The notes under the pieces are model-generated. The model saw nothing but the letters and a program-made list of their open reading frames with translations. It was not told the origin of the DNA and did no database searches. The position numbers and the translations under genes were made by a program. Shown in pieces: positions 41,601 to 51,900 of a stretch of DNA of 64,000 bases. Origin of the DNA: Chrysemys picta bellii (lineage: Eukaryota); contig NC_088812.1 in assembly GCF_011386835.1 (NCBI RefSeq), forward strand, positions 2,852,001 through 2,916,000, in the 5' to 3' direction. Every line of letters begins with the position of its first letter. Within the stretch, counting starts at the first letter, position 1.

Positions 41601-44600
41601 CTAGCTTCTTCACCGTTGTACCCGAAAGGCTGGCTGTGGGGGTCACCCGGGCTCTGTCTACACTGGACTTTTGTCAGCAAAACTTTTGTCATTCAGGGGT
41701 GTGAAAAAACCCACCCTTGCCCCCCGAACGCCAAATGTTTTGCCGAGGAAAAGTGCTGGTGTGAACAGCTTTGGCGGCAGGAGCGCTCGCCTGCCAACAC
41801 CGCTACCGCCGCTTGTTGGGGGTGGAAGATTTTTGTCGGGGGGAGAGCTCTCTCCTGCCAACAAACAGCAGCTCCACTGCGCGCCGTTTAGCGGCACGGC
41901 TCGGTCGCTCGAAGGTGCGTGGTGTAGACACAGCCTCAGACTAAGCGCATCTGAAATACACCCAGCCAGTATTTATAACTTCAGATACAAACATGCTACA
42001 TGCATCCAAAGGGGATAATCATATTCAGCAAATCAGCACTGGTCCAAGGACACGTCGTATGACCCAGCTTGTGCAAAATGCATCGTAATTATGCCACAAT
42101 CATATATGGAAATATCTCTCTGAGGAATATGGAGCATAGTGTCGCAGGAGGTGGTGCTGCAGAGACACAGGAGGGAGGCTATTCCAGAAAGAAGAAACGC
42201 AGCCCCACCTGCCACTCTCTTAATTCCCCCCCCCCAAAGTGCTCCCTGCCTGGACCCCAGGCTATCTGCTTGACACCCCCCCCAGCAACAGGGACGGGGA
42301 ATGTAGCCCAGGAAGGGGTCAGGAAGCTGCAGGCAGGCACGGGGATGGAAGAGCAGGAGAGCTGCTTGGGGGGGGGGGGAGGTGGGGGGCTGCTCCCAAT
42401 GTCCCCTGCTGGAGGGAGCGGGTGAGTGACCCTGCCCGGCAGGGCCTCGCCCGCTCGGTTAGCTCTGGGCTCCCTCTTCTCTCTAGAACAAGAAGTTCCA
42501 GCTGACGGTGCTGACGGATCGCTCGCAGGGGGGCAGCAGTGTGGCTGATGGCTCCGTGGAGCTCATGGTGAGAGATGGGGGCGGGGGGGGAATCCTGCCC
42601 TGGGCTCCTCCCTCCCACACCCCCCTGCAGCGGTGGATGGGGAGGAGATAGGATGGACTCCAACCCCACCCCAACACCACCACCCCCCTCTGTTCTGGGC
42701 CTGTGTATCCTCCCCATCCTGCAGAAGCAGGGCTGCACCAGCAGGTGGTGCCCTTAGCTCTATGATCCCTTGCACCAGTGCAGCGTGCAGTGCCCAGGGC
42801 TGGCCAGCAGGGGGCGCTCACAGCCCCCAGTGCAGCAGCTGCTCTGACATTCCCTCCCTGCGGCCAGGTGCATCGGCGGCTGCTCTACGATGACAACCGC
42901 GGGGTGGGGGAGCCCCTGCTGGAGCCGGGGGTCTACAACGACGGCCTGGTGGTGAGGGGCCGGCACCTCGTCTTCCTGGACACGGTGGAGTCTTCGGCTG
43001 ACCGGCACCGGCTGCAGGCCCAGCAGGAGTTCATGGCGCCCCAGCTGGTCCTGGCCCCTGGCGGGGGCCCTTCCTTCCACCGGGGGCAGCGCAGCCTCAA
43101 GCAGGTGCCTGGGCAGGGCTCTGTGCTTTAGGGAGGGGGACTGTGAGCTGCTGGGTCGCTGGTTTGAATCCTGCCAGGGGCTGCTTGTTCCCCACTGCCT
43201 CACCCACTTGTGAAACGAGTGTGGGGGTCTCAGCCCTGCTTGACACAGATTCAGCTCCCACCTCACCTCCCTCCAGGGCAGGGCTCTTTGGGCTGGACGA
43301 GGAGAGAAATCCTTGTCTTTCTGATCGCCGTACCTCTCCCCCTTCTCCCAGTCCTACAGCTCCTGCCCCCTCCCCAACAGCCCGGGGGCAGGCTATGGGG
43401 AACTATAGGTTAACCCCATCATGGGAGCTTTGTGATCTGCTAATGAAAAGGGCTAGAGCTGATGGCCCTGTGCTCCCTGCTCGGGGGATGGGGGGACGCA
43501 TGACCCTCTTCCACAAATGGGGCTATGCCCCCAGTGAAACCTGCGCTGGGGTGACTCACTCGTGAGGGCAGCTGAGCCGATCACCCCATGTTCTGTCCAA
43601 GCTGCTCTTCGACAGAAAATTGAGGGCTCAAGTAAACTGAGGGGTTGTGACGAGGCAGCTGCTCTCTGCTGAAAGCAGGGCTCCCCCTGTACCCCCCTTC
43701 CCTCAGCAGTAGGGGGACACTGCTGCCTGCTGGGAGCCCCAGGCCAGCCCCTGGAGGAGAAGGGGAGCGGGTTGTATCCACCCTGCGCGTCCCTGCAGGC
43801 ACCGGGGCAGCCTGGGGAACTGAGCTAGTTCAGGGGTGGGTGGTGACTTGTCTAGTTTGCCAAAACTTTCCCTTGGGTGGCGCTGTTCTGGCAGCCTGAC
43901 GCCGCGTCTCTCCTCCCTCCCCAGTTCTCTGCTCTGAAGCAAGCGCTTCCCCCCTCCATCCATCTCCTGACGCTGGCCCAGTGGGACCCCAGCTCCGTCC
44001 TCATCCGCCTGGAGCACCAGTTTGAGAGAGGGGAGAGCGCCAACGGCTCCCAGCCCATCACTGTCGACCTGCTGGTAGGTAGCCAACAGCAGGGGCTGGG
44101 CTGGGCTGGGGCATCGGGACTTGCTGAGCCACTGGCCTGGAGGATTTTTCATCTAAAGCACTTGACAGGCTCAGGCTCCCTTGCCTGGTGCTGCAATGCA
44201 GCCACCTCTGGGGTGGATCTTAGCATCACCCTAGTACACTTGTGTAAAACAGCTGCCCTGTCCCACACCAGAGATGGCTTCACATCCACACGGGGAAAGG
44301 GATCCTTAGACACGAGGTGTAGCAGCTGTTTGATGTAGGGGTCCCCCTCACCCACTTGATGCTAACCCCTGCCCCCCAGAGGTGGGTGCTGCTGTCTCCC
44401 CTTCCTGGCACTGAAATGCAGCCAGCTCTGGGGTGGAGCACAAATGAGCAGCCCCACCCAGAGGCGGAGGACGGCCAGCACAGAATCCTGTTTTCACACC
44501 AGACTGCAGGAGTCCCCTGTGTCGGGGTGGGTGGGGTGTGGAGCTGCTGCTGCCTACTCCCCTGCAGGTCTGGGGGTGGCCAGCAGGGGGCAGGGTTCAC

Positions 44601-45119
44601 CTGAGGAAGTTACTGACCATGTCTCTCTCCCCACCCCCCCAGCACCTGTTCTCCTCCTTCACCATCACCTCCCTGCAGGAGATGAACCTGGTGGCCAACC
44701 AGAAGCGAGAGGCCATGAACCGGGTCAACTGGAGGCCAGCCACAGGTAGGTCACACACACACACACACCCCAGCACTAGAGCATGGAGCAGTGTCCCCCC
44801 TCTCCTGCACAGCCAGCACCTGCCCCCTTACCTAGGGGAGGGTGGGCAGCTGGCACATTGGCCCCTTGTGGGGTGGGCTCTCAGACACAGGGGAGGGTTG
44901 TATCCACCATCCCGTGGAGAAACTGGCGGCCTCTAGGCCCAGGGCCCCTCTGCTGGCCCCCAGGCCCTTAACCCCTGGCTTCCTCCCCCAGGTGCAGCAA
45001 GGCGCCAGCCCTACCCTCGGCTTAACCCGCTGGGAGTCACGCTGCAGCCCATGGAGATTCGCACCTTCCTGGCCACTATCCAGTACACGGGCCCCAGTGG
45101 GGGCCAGGCAGAGCTGTAG
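21326..45119 (+). CDS. MAN2B1: Lysosomal alpha-mannosidase (GH38), complete, 24 exons, 2997 nt, 998 aa
   Basis: Exons: 21326-21397, 22882-22984, 24709-24882, 27220-27413, 27778-27910, 28491-28633, 29569-29685, 30104-30186, 31126-31246, 31582-31660, 32155-32264, 33913-34020, 34261-34377, 35156-35374, 36097-36194, 36561-36678, 37654-37772, 38361-38462, 39021-39108, 42487-42567, 42868-43104, 43925-44074, 44643-44745, 44992-45119 (TAG). All are GT-AG and phases close. Features include a signal peptide ([20 protein letters not shown]), Zn motif PHTHNDVGW, nucleophile WHIDPFGHS, acid/base MGSDFQY and QHHDAVSGT. Confidence 0.98.
26341..26530. mobile_element. Penelope-like element, inverted pLTR pair, nested in a solo LTR
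   Basis: 58-nt inverted arms at 26341-26398 and 26431-26488 (3 mismatches). Target-site duplication acactta(t/c)aaaca at 26328-26340 and 26532-26544. Confidence 0.8.
26387..26426 (-). ncRNA. Minimal type-I hammerhead ribozyme motif
   Basis: Minus strand reads GCAU-CUGAUGA-A-GUGGGC-UGUA-GCCCAC-GAAA-GC-UU-AUGC. It has the full catalytic core, perfect stems I and II, and a palindromic AGCU stem III. Confidence 0.75.
26982..27025. repeat. (GT)n microsatellite followed by inverted (CA)n
   Basis: About 14 GT units, then ctgc, then cacacacacaca. Confidence 0.85.
30337..30732. repeat. 84-bp tandem repeat, about 4.7 copies, MAN2B1 intron 8
   Basis: Units start at 30337, 30421, 30505, 30589 and 30673. 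Each carries gagcgccccctgc and cagcgccccctagtg. Confidence 0.95.
30805..30939. mobile_element. hAT-type MITE (same family as 1051-1173)
   Basis: TIRs tagggtgaccag / ctggtcacccta with a perfect 8-bp TSD TCTGTTCC. Confidence 0.88.
32504..33345. repeat. Exact-looking 421-bp tandem duplication, MAN2B1 intron 11
   Basis: 32504-32924 is repeated at 32925-33345. Each copy has five acagcgccccctag sub-units and the left end of a hAT-like element (caggggttctcgcaac). Confidence 0.92.
35720..35990 (+). mobile_element. CR1 LINE 3' fragment
   Basis: Translates as ...[15 protein letters not shown]...[13 protein letters not shown], a CR1 ORF2 C-terminus. Confidence 0.65.
37140..37586 (+). mobile_element. 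Turtle-type CR1 LINE 3' end
   Basis: ORF2 C-terminal remnant (TRTRGHQMK...[16 protein letters not shown]) plus 3'UTR ending ggacctttggtctgacc...ttcttatgttcta. Confidence 0.85.
37800..38270. mobile_element. Decayed DNA-transposon-like repeat with ACTACA-NN-TCCCA motifs
   Basis: Repeated ggactacat(c/t)tcc(c/t)atg(g/a)tgcac words in both orientations. Family is not assigned with certainty. Confidence 0.45.
38582..38612. repeat. Poly-G tract (31 nt)
   Basis: Directly visible homopolymer; its length may be a sequencing artefact. Confidence 0.8.
39721..40871. mobile_element. Non-autonomous DNA transposon (hAT-like) nested in LTR
   Basis: Imperfect TIRs tacccctgagggcattctgcacc / ggtgcagaattccctcaagagaa (19 of 23), with near-TSD ggtacctg / gttacctg. 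Confidence 0.5.
41650..41935. mobile_element. PIF/Harbinger-like MITE nested in LTR
   Basis: Termini ggctctgtctacact...gtgtagacacagcc. Confidence 0.6.
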
Positions 45120-45485
45120 GGGGAGCCAGCCCCCCACCTCCGTCCCAGAATCAAGCCGCCCAGGTGGAGCCCTGAACTGCTGCCCCCCCCACCTCAGCCA
45201 GGTGGGGCCCTGCCCACCTGAGAACTTGACTGGTGGGAATGAGTGGGAGCTGGGGGGGGCACATCCTGGCTGTTGGGAGGCTTGGAAGAGACTTGCCTTG
45301 GAAAGCGACCCAGCGAGAGCCAAACTTGCACCTGTCAGGCCCTGCTTTAAGGCAGTGCCGGCTTTGGGGGAGAAGGAGGCAGAGCCCAGCCCCCTCCCCC
45401 CCAACTCCTCAGCACCGCCTCTGATTTCTACCCACCTGCCCCTTCCGCCTGAGGCTGGGGTAGTGTGGGTCTAAGTGCCATTGTT

Positions 45486-45491
45486 AATAAA
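45486..45491 (+). terminator. Likely MAN2B1 polyadenylation signal
   Basis: First AATAAA downstream of the MAN2B1 stop (about 370 nt). A second AATAAA lies at 45927-45932. Confidence 0.65.
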
Positions 45492-45858
45492 CAAGGAGCT
45501 CAGTCTAGGTGCTCGTGGTGGAGTCCTGCTCGGGGGATGCAGGCAGAGGGGACACACCAGGGCAGGGGCAGAGCTGCGCGTAGAACCCAGGAGTCCCAAC
45601 TCCCCCCCCACATGCCTGATCAATTGCCGGTGGGGAAACAGAGGCAGAGCAGCTCCACCATCCTGCCTGGCATCCAGCCGGGCTGTGGTTAGGGGACCCT
45701 TCCTCCGCCCGAGGCTGGGGGGCTCAGGGCACAGCCCTGCCTTCCCCTCAGTGCCTGCTTTGGGAAGTGGTGGGGAGGGGGCTGAGCTCCCCCCTGCGTG
45801 CCCCACACAGAAGCATGACACAAGTCTGGGCTTGTACATAAAAAGGAGACACCCTTGT

Positions 45859-45864
45859 TTTAAT
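45859..45864 (-). terminator. Likely TRMT1 polyadenylation signal (ATTAAA)
   Basis: Plus-strand TTTAAT reads ATTAAA on the minus strand, about 100 nt after the TRMT1 stop. Confidence 0.5.
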
Positions 45865-45965
45865 GGCCGGCCGCACGGAGACCATCAGTCTTAAAACAAA
45901 GCGCTTGCACCTTCACCGAACTAAAAAATAAAGCCCCGTAGCCTCTGTTCCTGCCGGGGGCTGGG

Positions 45966-48900
45966 CTACTGGGGGGGGCTGTCTGTCTTCACGGGCTCTG
46001 GGGCCGGTTCAGGGGAGGGACAGCACTTCTCAGCCCCCGCGCCGCTCCCCTAGCAGAGGGAGAGAAGCTACAGTCAGGGTTATGGGGTATTACAGCCACA
46101 CCGGGGCCAGGAGCTGCCACGCCTCTGACCCCCGCTCCCTCCCCCAGATTCACAGCCCCCCCAGCCAGTCCTCACCTCCTTGAGCCTTTTGCAGGGGATG
46201 TTTTTCAAGTGGCCCCCGTCCTCCGCTCTCTCCTTCCGCTTGTTCTGATGCAGCTTCCGCTTGTCCTGCAGGGAGGTGGAAATGCCGCCCCTGGAAAGGC
46301 AGGAGGGGGCTGGGTGAGGAGGGCTGTGAGCTCAGCCCAGCCCCCAGGGTTAGCTTCACCCCCCAGCAGTGGAGTTTGCTCAGCTACAGCCAGGAGTGAC
46401 AGCAGCTGGCTCTGGGGTGGAGCATGGCAGCTGTATAACAGCAGGCCCCGAGGAGCGTTCACGTATCCACAGGGGCTGGAGGCTTTGAAGAGACCAAATA
46501 GAAGCAGGAAAGGGCTACCAGTCTGGCTGGGTAGTAGCCACACAGAGGTGGGACCTTGCTCTGATCTGTATCCAGAGTCGTCCTGGTCTGGAGTTGGAGT
46601 CAAGGTAGAACAGCCGCCCCTAGCGTTAACTCCTCCCCACTAGGCATCCCTGCAGCTGTCACAGATGCACTTTGCACACGCGTGAAGTCTCCAACCAGCC
46701 CTAGCCCCACTTTACAGTGGGGAAACTGAGGCAGGGAGTGACTGGCCCACTCACCCCACACAGCCAGGAATAGAACCCAGGAGTCCTGCATCTGAGCGCG
46801 CGCACACACACACCCTCCCCGCTCAATCTTGGCCCAGTCCATTGGCCCCCCTTACCCTGCTTTCGCTCTGGCTTTAGGGCCCCAATACGCTTCGGGATTC
46901 TCCTGGAATCGTTTCAGACCCTGCTTCCTGGATTTGGGGTTGGCGTCCTCGCGGACGGTGAAGGATGCCTGCAGCCTGGGGCATGGAGGAGAGGGAGACA
47001 GATGGCTGAGTGCTTTGCCAGGCGTGCTTCCGGAGCAGCCTGGGGGGGCGGGGAGAGTGGATCAGCCCCATGGGCCCATCTAGCCTGGTATTCCTCACAC
47101 ACACACCCCCTGCTGCTCTGGCTCAGACCAGAGGGCTGGGGGCCACTGGGCTCAAAGCCAGGCTAGCCCCGTGTCTCCCAGCTGCTCAGCACACCTGCAG
47201 GGAAAAGTTCCTCTTTAATCCACCTTAGACAGCTGCATTGCCCTGAAGCAGCAGGGTTTGGCAGCCTCCCAGAACCTCTGCACAACAGGGGCAGGGCCCT
47301 GGAGAGGCTATACCAGCCCCCCATCCCTCCCCGAGACCATCCCTGTCTCTTCCCCAGCGAGCTCACAGAAGGTCAGCCTCAGTACCACTGTTTTACAAAT
47401 GGGGAAACTGAGGCACGGGAGGACATGACCCCACCCACACTGAAGGCCAGTGGCAGAGCCAGGCCTAGAACCCAAGGGTCTCAAGTGCTGGTCCAGCGTT
47501 CTCCCCACTAGGCCACACTGCCTCCCACCAGCAAAGATGGCAGTGCGCCAGGTGCGGGCCTGATTCCCTTCGAACACCCAGGCCGTACGTGGGCTCCACG
47601 GAGAGGATGTGGAAGGCTGGGCTGGTGTCCGAGAGTCGCTCTCTCTTCACAGGATGGAGTCTCTCCTGGGGAGAGAGATCAAGTCATTTTTTTCCTTGAC
47701 TTCCCCTCCCCGCAGCCCTGGACTCCCTCCACACATAGTTCAGCCGGTGGCCCTCAATCCTGAGCCGCAACAGATAGGTCCCCCCTCCCTCCCGGTCTCC
47801 CAAACCCTGCCTCCCCCCACTACCTTAACTAGCCTCACAGCCAGCCAGGCACCCCATCAGCTGTGACCTGTTTGGGGCAGGGGGGGATGAGGAACGCTAA
47901 GTCCCCCCGACCCCACTCACCCAGCATCTCATGATGTCCCAGAGGACGGAGGGCGGCGCGTCCGTCTTGATGGCGTTCTTGCAGGCGTGGGAGAGCGACA
48001 CGCGGTAGCCGGCGTGGAGGAGGGCGGATCTGGAACCGGAGGGGAGCCCTCAGGCCATGGTGGAGTGGGAACCCTCTGCTGCCTGCGGGCCCCGGGGCTC
48101 TCCGAGGTGGGGGCAGCTCAGGAGGGGGCGCTCTCCCCAGCACTCCCTAGTGGTAAGTGGAGCGGGGGGATGCTCTTCCCCTGGGGGAAAAATGTGCTGC
48201 TTCCAATCCCGACCTTAGAGGTAGCGTGTCCCAGTCGAGGGGGGGCCCGGTCTGGCTCTCTGCCCCCGCTCTCCTGGGGGCGGGTCCCCTCCTGGCTCTG
48301 TGCCTCAGTTCCCCACCCACTCCAGGGGTGTTTGGAGCAGAAGCTCCTTGGGATAGGGGCTGCCCCTGGCTCTGCCCCACGCCCGGCACCTGGGGCCGGT
48401 CCCGTAACGCCCAGAGTACCTGAACTGCAGCAGGGAGGGGGTGTTGCAGTGGATGGTACTGCTCAGGCAGTCGAGGGTGTAGTACAACGGGACGTCGCTC
48501 AGCTCCTGGCCAGAGGGGAACACGGTGGATCAGCACAGGCTCCGCCCCCAGAAACCCAACTGACCACGCCCCCACCCTCCCCGATGCTCCCCAACTCAGA
48601 CCCAAAAGACAACCCGATTCCCCAGCAGGGCCCTTCTGCCCTATGCCGCTTGTTCCCCGGGGGGTGCTGCCCCATTGGCCCCTCACCTCGGTCACCATGC
48701 TGAGCACCCCCTGGATCCGATCCTGTGTCCCGAACCGTCCCGGGTTGCTCCCCAAGGCCGACAGGACCCTCTGGACAAAAGCTGGGTCGTGGAGGGGCTC
48801 TGCCCACATGGGGCCACCCAGCTGGGGGAGAGAACAGCAGGTAAGGGCAGCGTGCCCGGCCGTACGGGAGCGGGGTGCACCGGGGGAGCGGGGGGCTCAC

Positions 48901-51900
48901 CTGGTGCCGCTGGTGGCAGTGCTCACAGGAGGGGCCCACTGGGGGGCCAGAGGCAGCCGAGTATTTAAAACTGAATCAATCAGAAGGGTGATTAGAGATC
49001 TAATGGGGTAGAGCCCCTTCCCCAGCTGCGCCCCTCCAGCCCAGCCCCCCTCCAACACCCCCGAGCGCCCATCCAACCCCCCCGAGCGCCCATCCAACCC
49101 CACTGTCCTAACCTGAGATCTTAGTCCAGCTCCACCCCCCAGCTCTCCCAGGCCAGGCCCCCCTCCAGGGACCAGTCATCCCCTCTCCACTCTCCCCATC
49201 CATTCTGCATCTCCAGCACTGGATTCTCCCATCCAGTGGGCACTAGGTCCGAGGACAGGTCCCCGCCCGCGGCTCTCCAGGGCCAGGAATTGGAGTCAGC
49301 CCCTGTCCCGGGGTGAGGTGGAGAACCCGGAGCCCCCTACTTGCTCCCGTGGCTGGTCATCTTGCCGAGTCTCTGGAAGTGGTGCGTCCCGCAGCCCACA
49401 CAGTTATACACCAGGGCCTGTTTGCTGCAGAGACAGGAGGCGATTCAATGAACAGCAAGCAGGGGGGGGATGCCAGCAGGGGGCGCTGCAGGGCTGGGGG
49501 GAGGGGGAGCTCCTGGCTACTCCACTCCTGGCCTCTCCAGCAGGGGGCGCTGTGGAGAGCAGGGTGAGCTGCTTGGCCCAGTTCTGGCCGGCGCCCCAGG
49601 ATGAAACGCCCGCCTGCAGAGCCCGGCTCACCTGGCAGAGGCTTTCACGGTGGCCTGGCCGGTGAAGACCCGCACGAAGACCCGGATGTAGAAGTCGGCG
49701 CTGACCGCCAGCAGCGGCACGATGTAGCGCTGGTAGCAGTTGGCTCGCAGGTCCAGGCTGTGCAAGATGATCCGCAGGGCCTGCGCGTGGAAACGGGCGC
49801 TGCAGAGCCGGGCTCAAGGATCTGCCCGCGAGGCGGGAGCGGGGAGAGGTGGAGTGCTGGGGTGCGGCCTGGGTCTGGGGCCCACGCTCCCCTTCCAATA
49901 CTGGGCCGGATTCCCACGCCCAGCTCTGCTGGGACACGCGTGCGCCAGGTCTCAGCCCAGCCCTAGCAGGACCAGCATCGCAAGTAGGGCCCCAGGACTA
50001 AATGGGCCAGGGAGCAGGCTGAGCTCCCCTTCCCTCTGGGGCAGCGGTTCTCAAACTGGGGGGCAGCGAGTCACGGCCGGGGCCGCTGGCCCCACTGATC
50101 GACTCCTCGCTCTCCCTCCCAGCGCCTACCGCGGAACAGCTGTTCAACAGTGTGCAGGAGGCGCTGGGAGGGAGGGTGAGGAGTAGGGATGGGGTGTGCT
50201 TGGGGGAGCGGGTGGAGAAGAGGAGGGGCAGGGGTAGGGCCTTGGGGGAAGGGGTGGAGTGGGGGTTGCACACCCCTGGGGAAAATTAGAAGCCGGCTTG
50301 GGGGTCCATGAAAAATTTTAAATCAAAATGAGGGTCCTCAGGTTGCGAAGGTTTGAGAACCACTGCTCTAGGGGGCAGGCAGGTGGACGGGGCGGGGCAT
50401 GGAGGCAGAGGCCCCGCCCCCACTCACCATCTCGTGGCAGAACTTGCCCTTGATGGACATGGCTCCGTACTTGCTGTAACATGTCTCCCCGCTGTTCCCG
50501 GCCATCACTGCCATGTCGGTGCAGGTCACGCACAGCAGGCCTGCAAGGGGGACATCCCAGGGACGGTCAGTGGAGGATTCTTCCCCCAGCCACCAGCCTC
50601 ACCTGCTCTAGGATTGGACAACCCAGCCTAGCTGCGTCTCCACCCAGAGTTCAGAGCCTGGGATAGCCGGTGGGGTCCTCGCTTCAGAGGTGGAGGAGGG
50701 AAGTGATCTGCCCCTGGGACAGATGGAACCAGGAGTGCGGATTCCTGACCACCGTGCTCTAACCCACCAGATCCTACAGCCAAGGCATCCGTGGAAGCTT
50801 GCAAATGTGGCAAGTCACTGCTGTAAGGAAGCTCGCAGCGCCAGCAGCCCTGGTGCTGCCCCCCACCCCACTCACCTCCTTCACTCACCGCCTGCACGGC
50901 GGCGTCCAGGAAGGTGGCAGGGCTGCCGTACGGATCCAGGTCGATGATGTCGAACGGATGCTTCTCCGCCTTCTGCTGATACATCAACATCCTGCAGGCG
51001 GGACGGGGACAGACGCTGAGCAGGGGGGTCTGCGGGGCCAGTTCGCAGCTTAGGATATCCGAGGGCTCTTATCCACCAAGCCCCCCACCCACACAGCCCC
51101 TCCCCCAGCCCCTGCACTGAGACCCCCTTATAGGGCACAGTCTCCCTGGCTTGTTATTTACTAAGTGTATTACGGTAGCACCGAAGTGCCCAGTGGCGGC
51201 CCAGGGCCCCCTGGTGTTGTACAGAGACAGAACCCAAAGACAATCTCTGCCCCGAACAGCTTCCGCCCCACCTCTCTGCCAACAGGAGCGGGTAGTTGTT
51301 AGCCATCGTGGCCGCTGGAGGCCTGTCTCGCGAACCCACCCACCCCATTCGGTACAGGAGTCGCTACCTGCTAACCAGCCACTTGGGGATTTTGCCAGAT
51401 TCCCCTCACCAGAGCCAACTAGTCCCATTCCCCCCCCCCAAATCCTCCAGGTACAAGGCCATTCGCCCTCCTGCTTCTGGGCCGTCTCGATCGGGAAGCT
51501 CAGGCCAACCCGCTCAGTGCACATGATGCCAGAGCGGCCCATCCCCCTCTCCCCCCAGCTTTACCTGGCATCGGCCAAGCTCGACGTCACCAGGTGCCCG
51601 ACTCCATTGAACTGGACGTTCCTCGCCATGAGCTCGACGGCTTTGGAGGAGAAATCGTTGGCCACCACGGCCCGGAGGCCAGGCACCTCCTTGGCAAAGC
51701 GGATGGAGCGGAGCCCCGAGGCGGCCAAGGCCTCCAAGATCCGCACTCCTTCCTGCGCGGGGGGGAAGGGACCACATCTCAGCCGAAGCCCACACGCCCG
51801 GGGTCAGCGATCAGCGGGGAATCGAACCCGGGACCTCTGGATCCAACAGCACAAGCCCCAGGTCGGTTAGCCACGGCTGAAGCAGGCTCATCCACCTCTG

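Larger units (their letters stand above)
39567..42146. mobile_element. Solo LTR carrying two nested DNA-transposon insertions
   Basis: Termini tgtgac...gtcgca with a near 4-bp TSD (tgag/ggag). Net length is about 1.14 kb after removing the nested elements. Confidence 0.6.

Noticed and set aside
45105-45119. MAN2B1 C-terminal QAEL as a KDEL-like ER retention signal
   Set aside because: It is a poor match to functional KDEL variants, and the enzyme has all lysosomal-type features.
46265-46267. Alternative acceptor ctgcag|gacaag in the penultimate TRMT1 exon
   Set aside because: It is out of phase with the upstream phase-2 donor. The acceptor at 46290 keeps the frame.
51815-51882. Possible tRNA gene
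   Set aside because: A B-box is present but no full cloverleaf or acceptor stem could be folded, so it is better explained as a SINE head.
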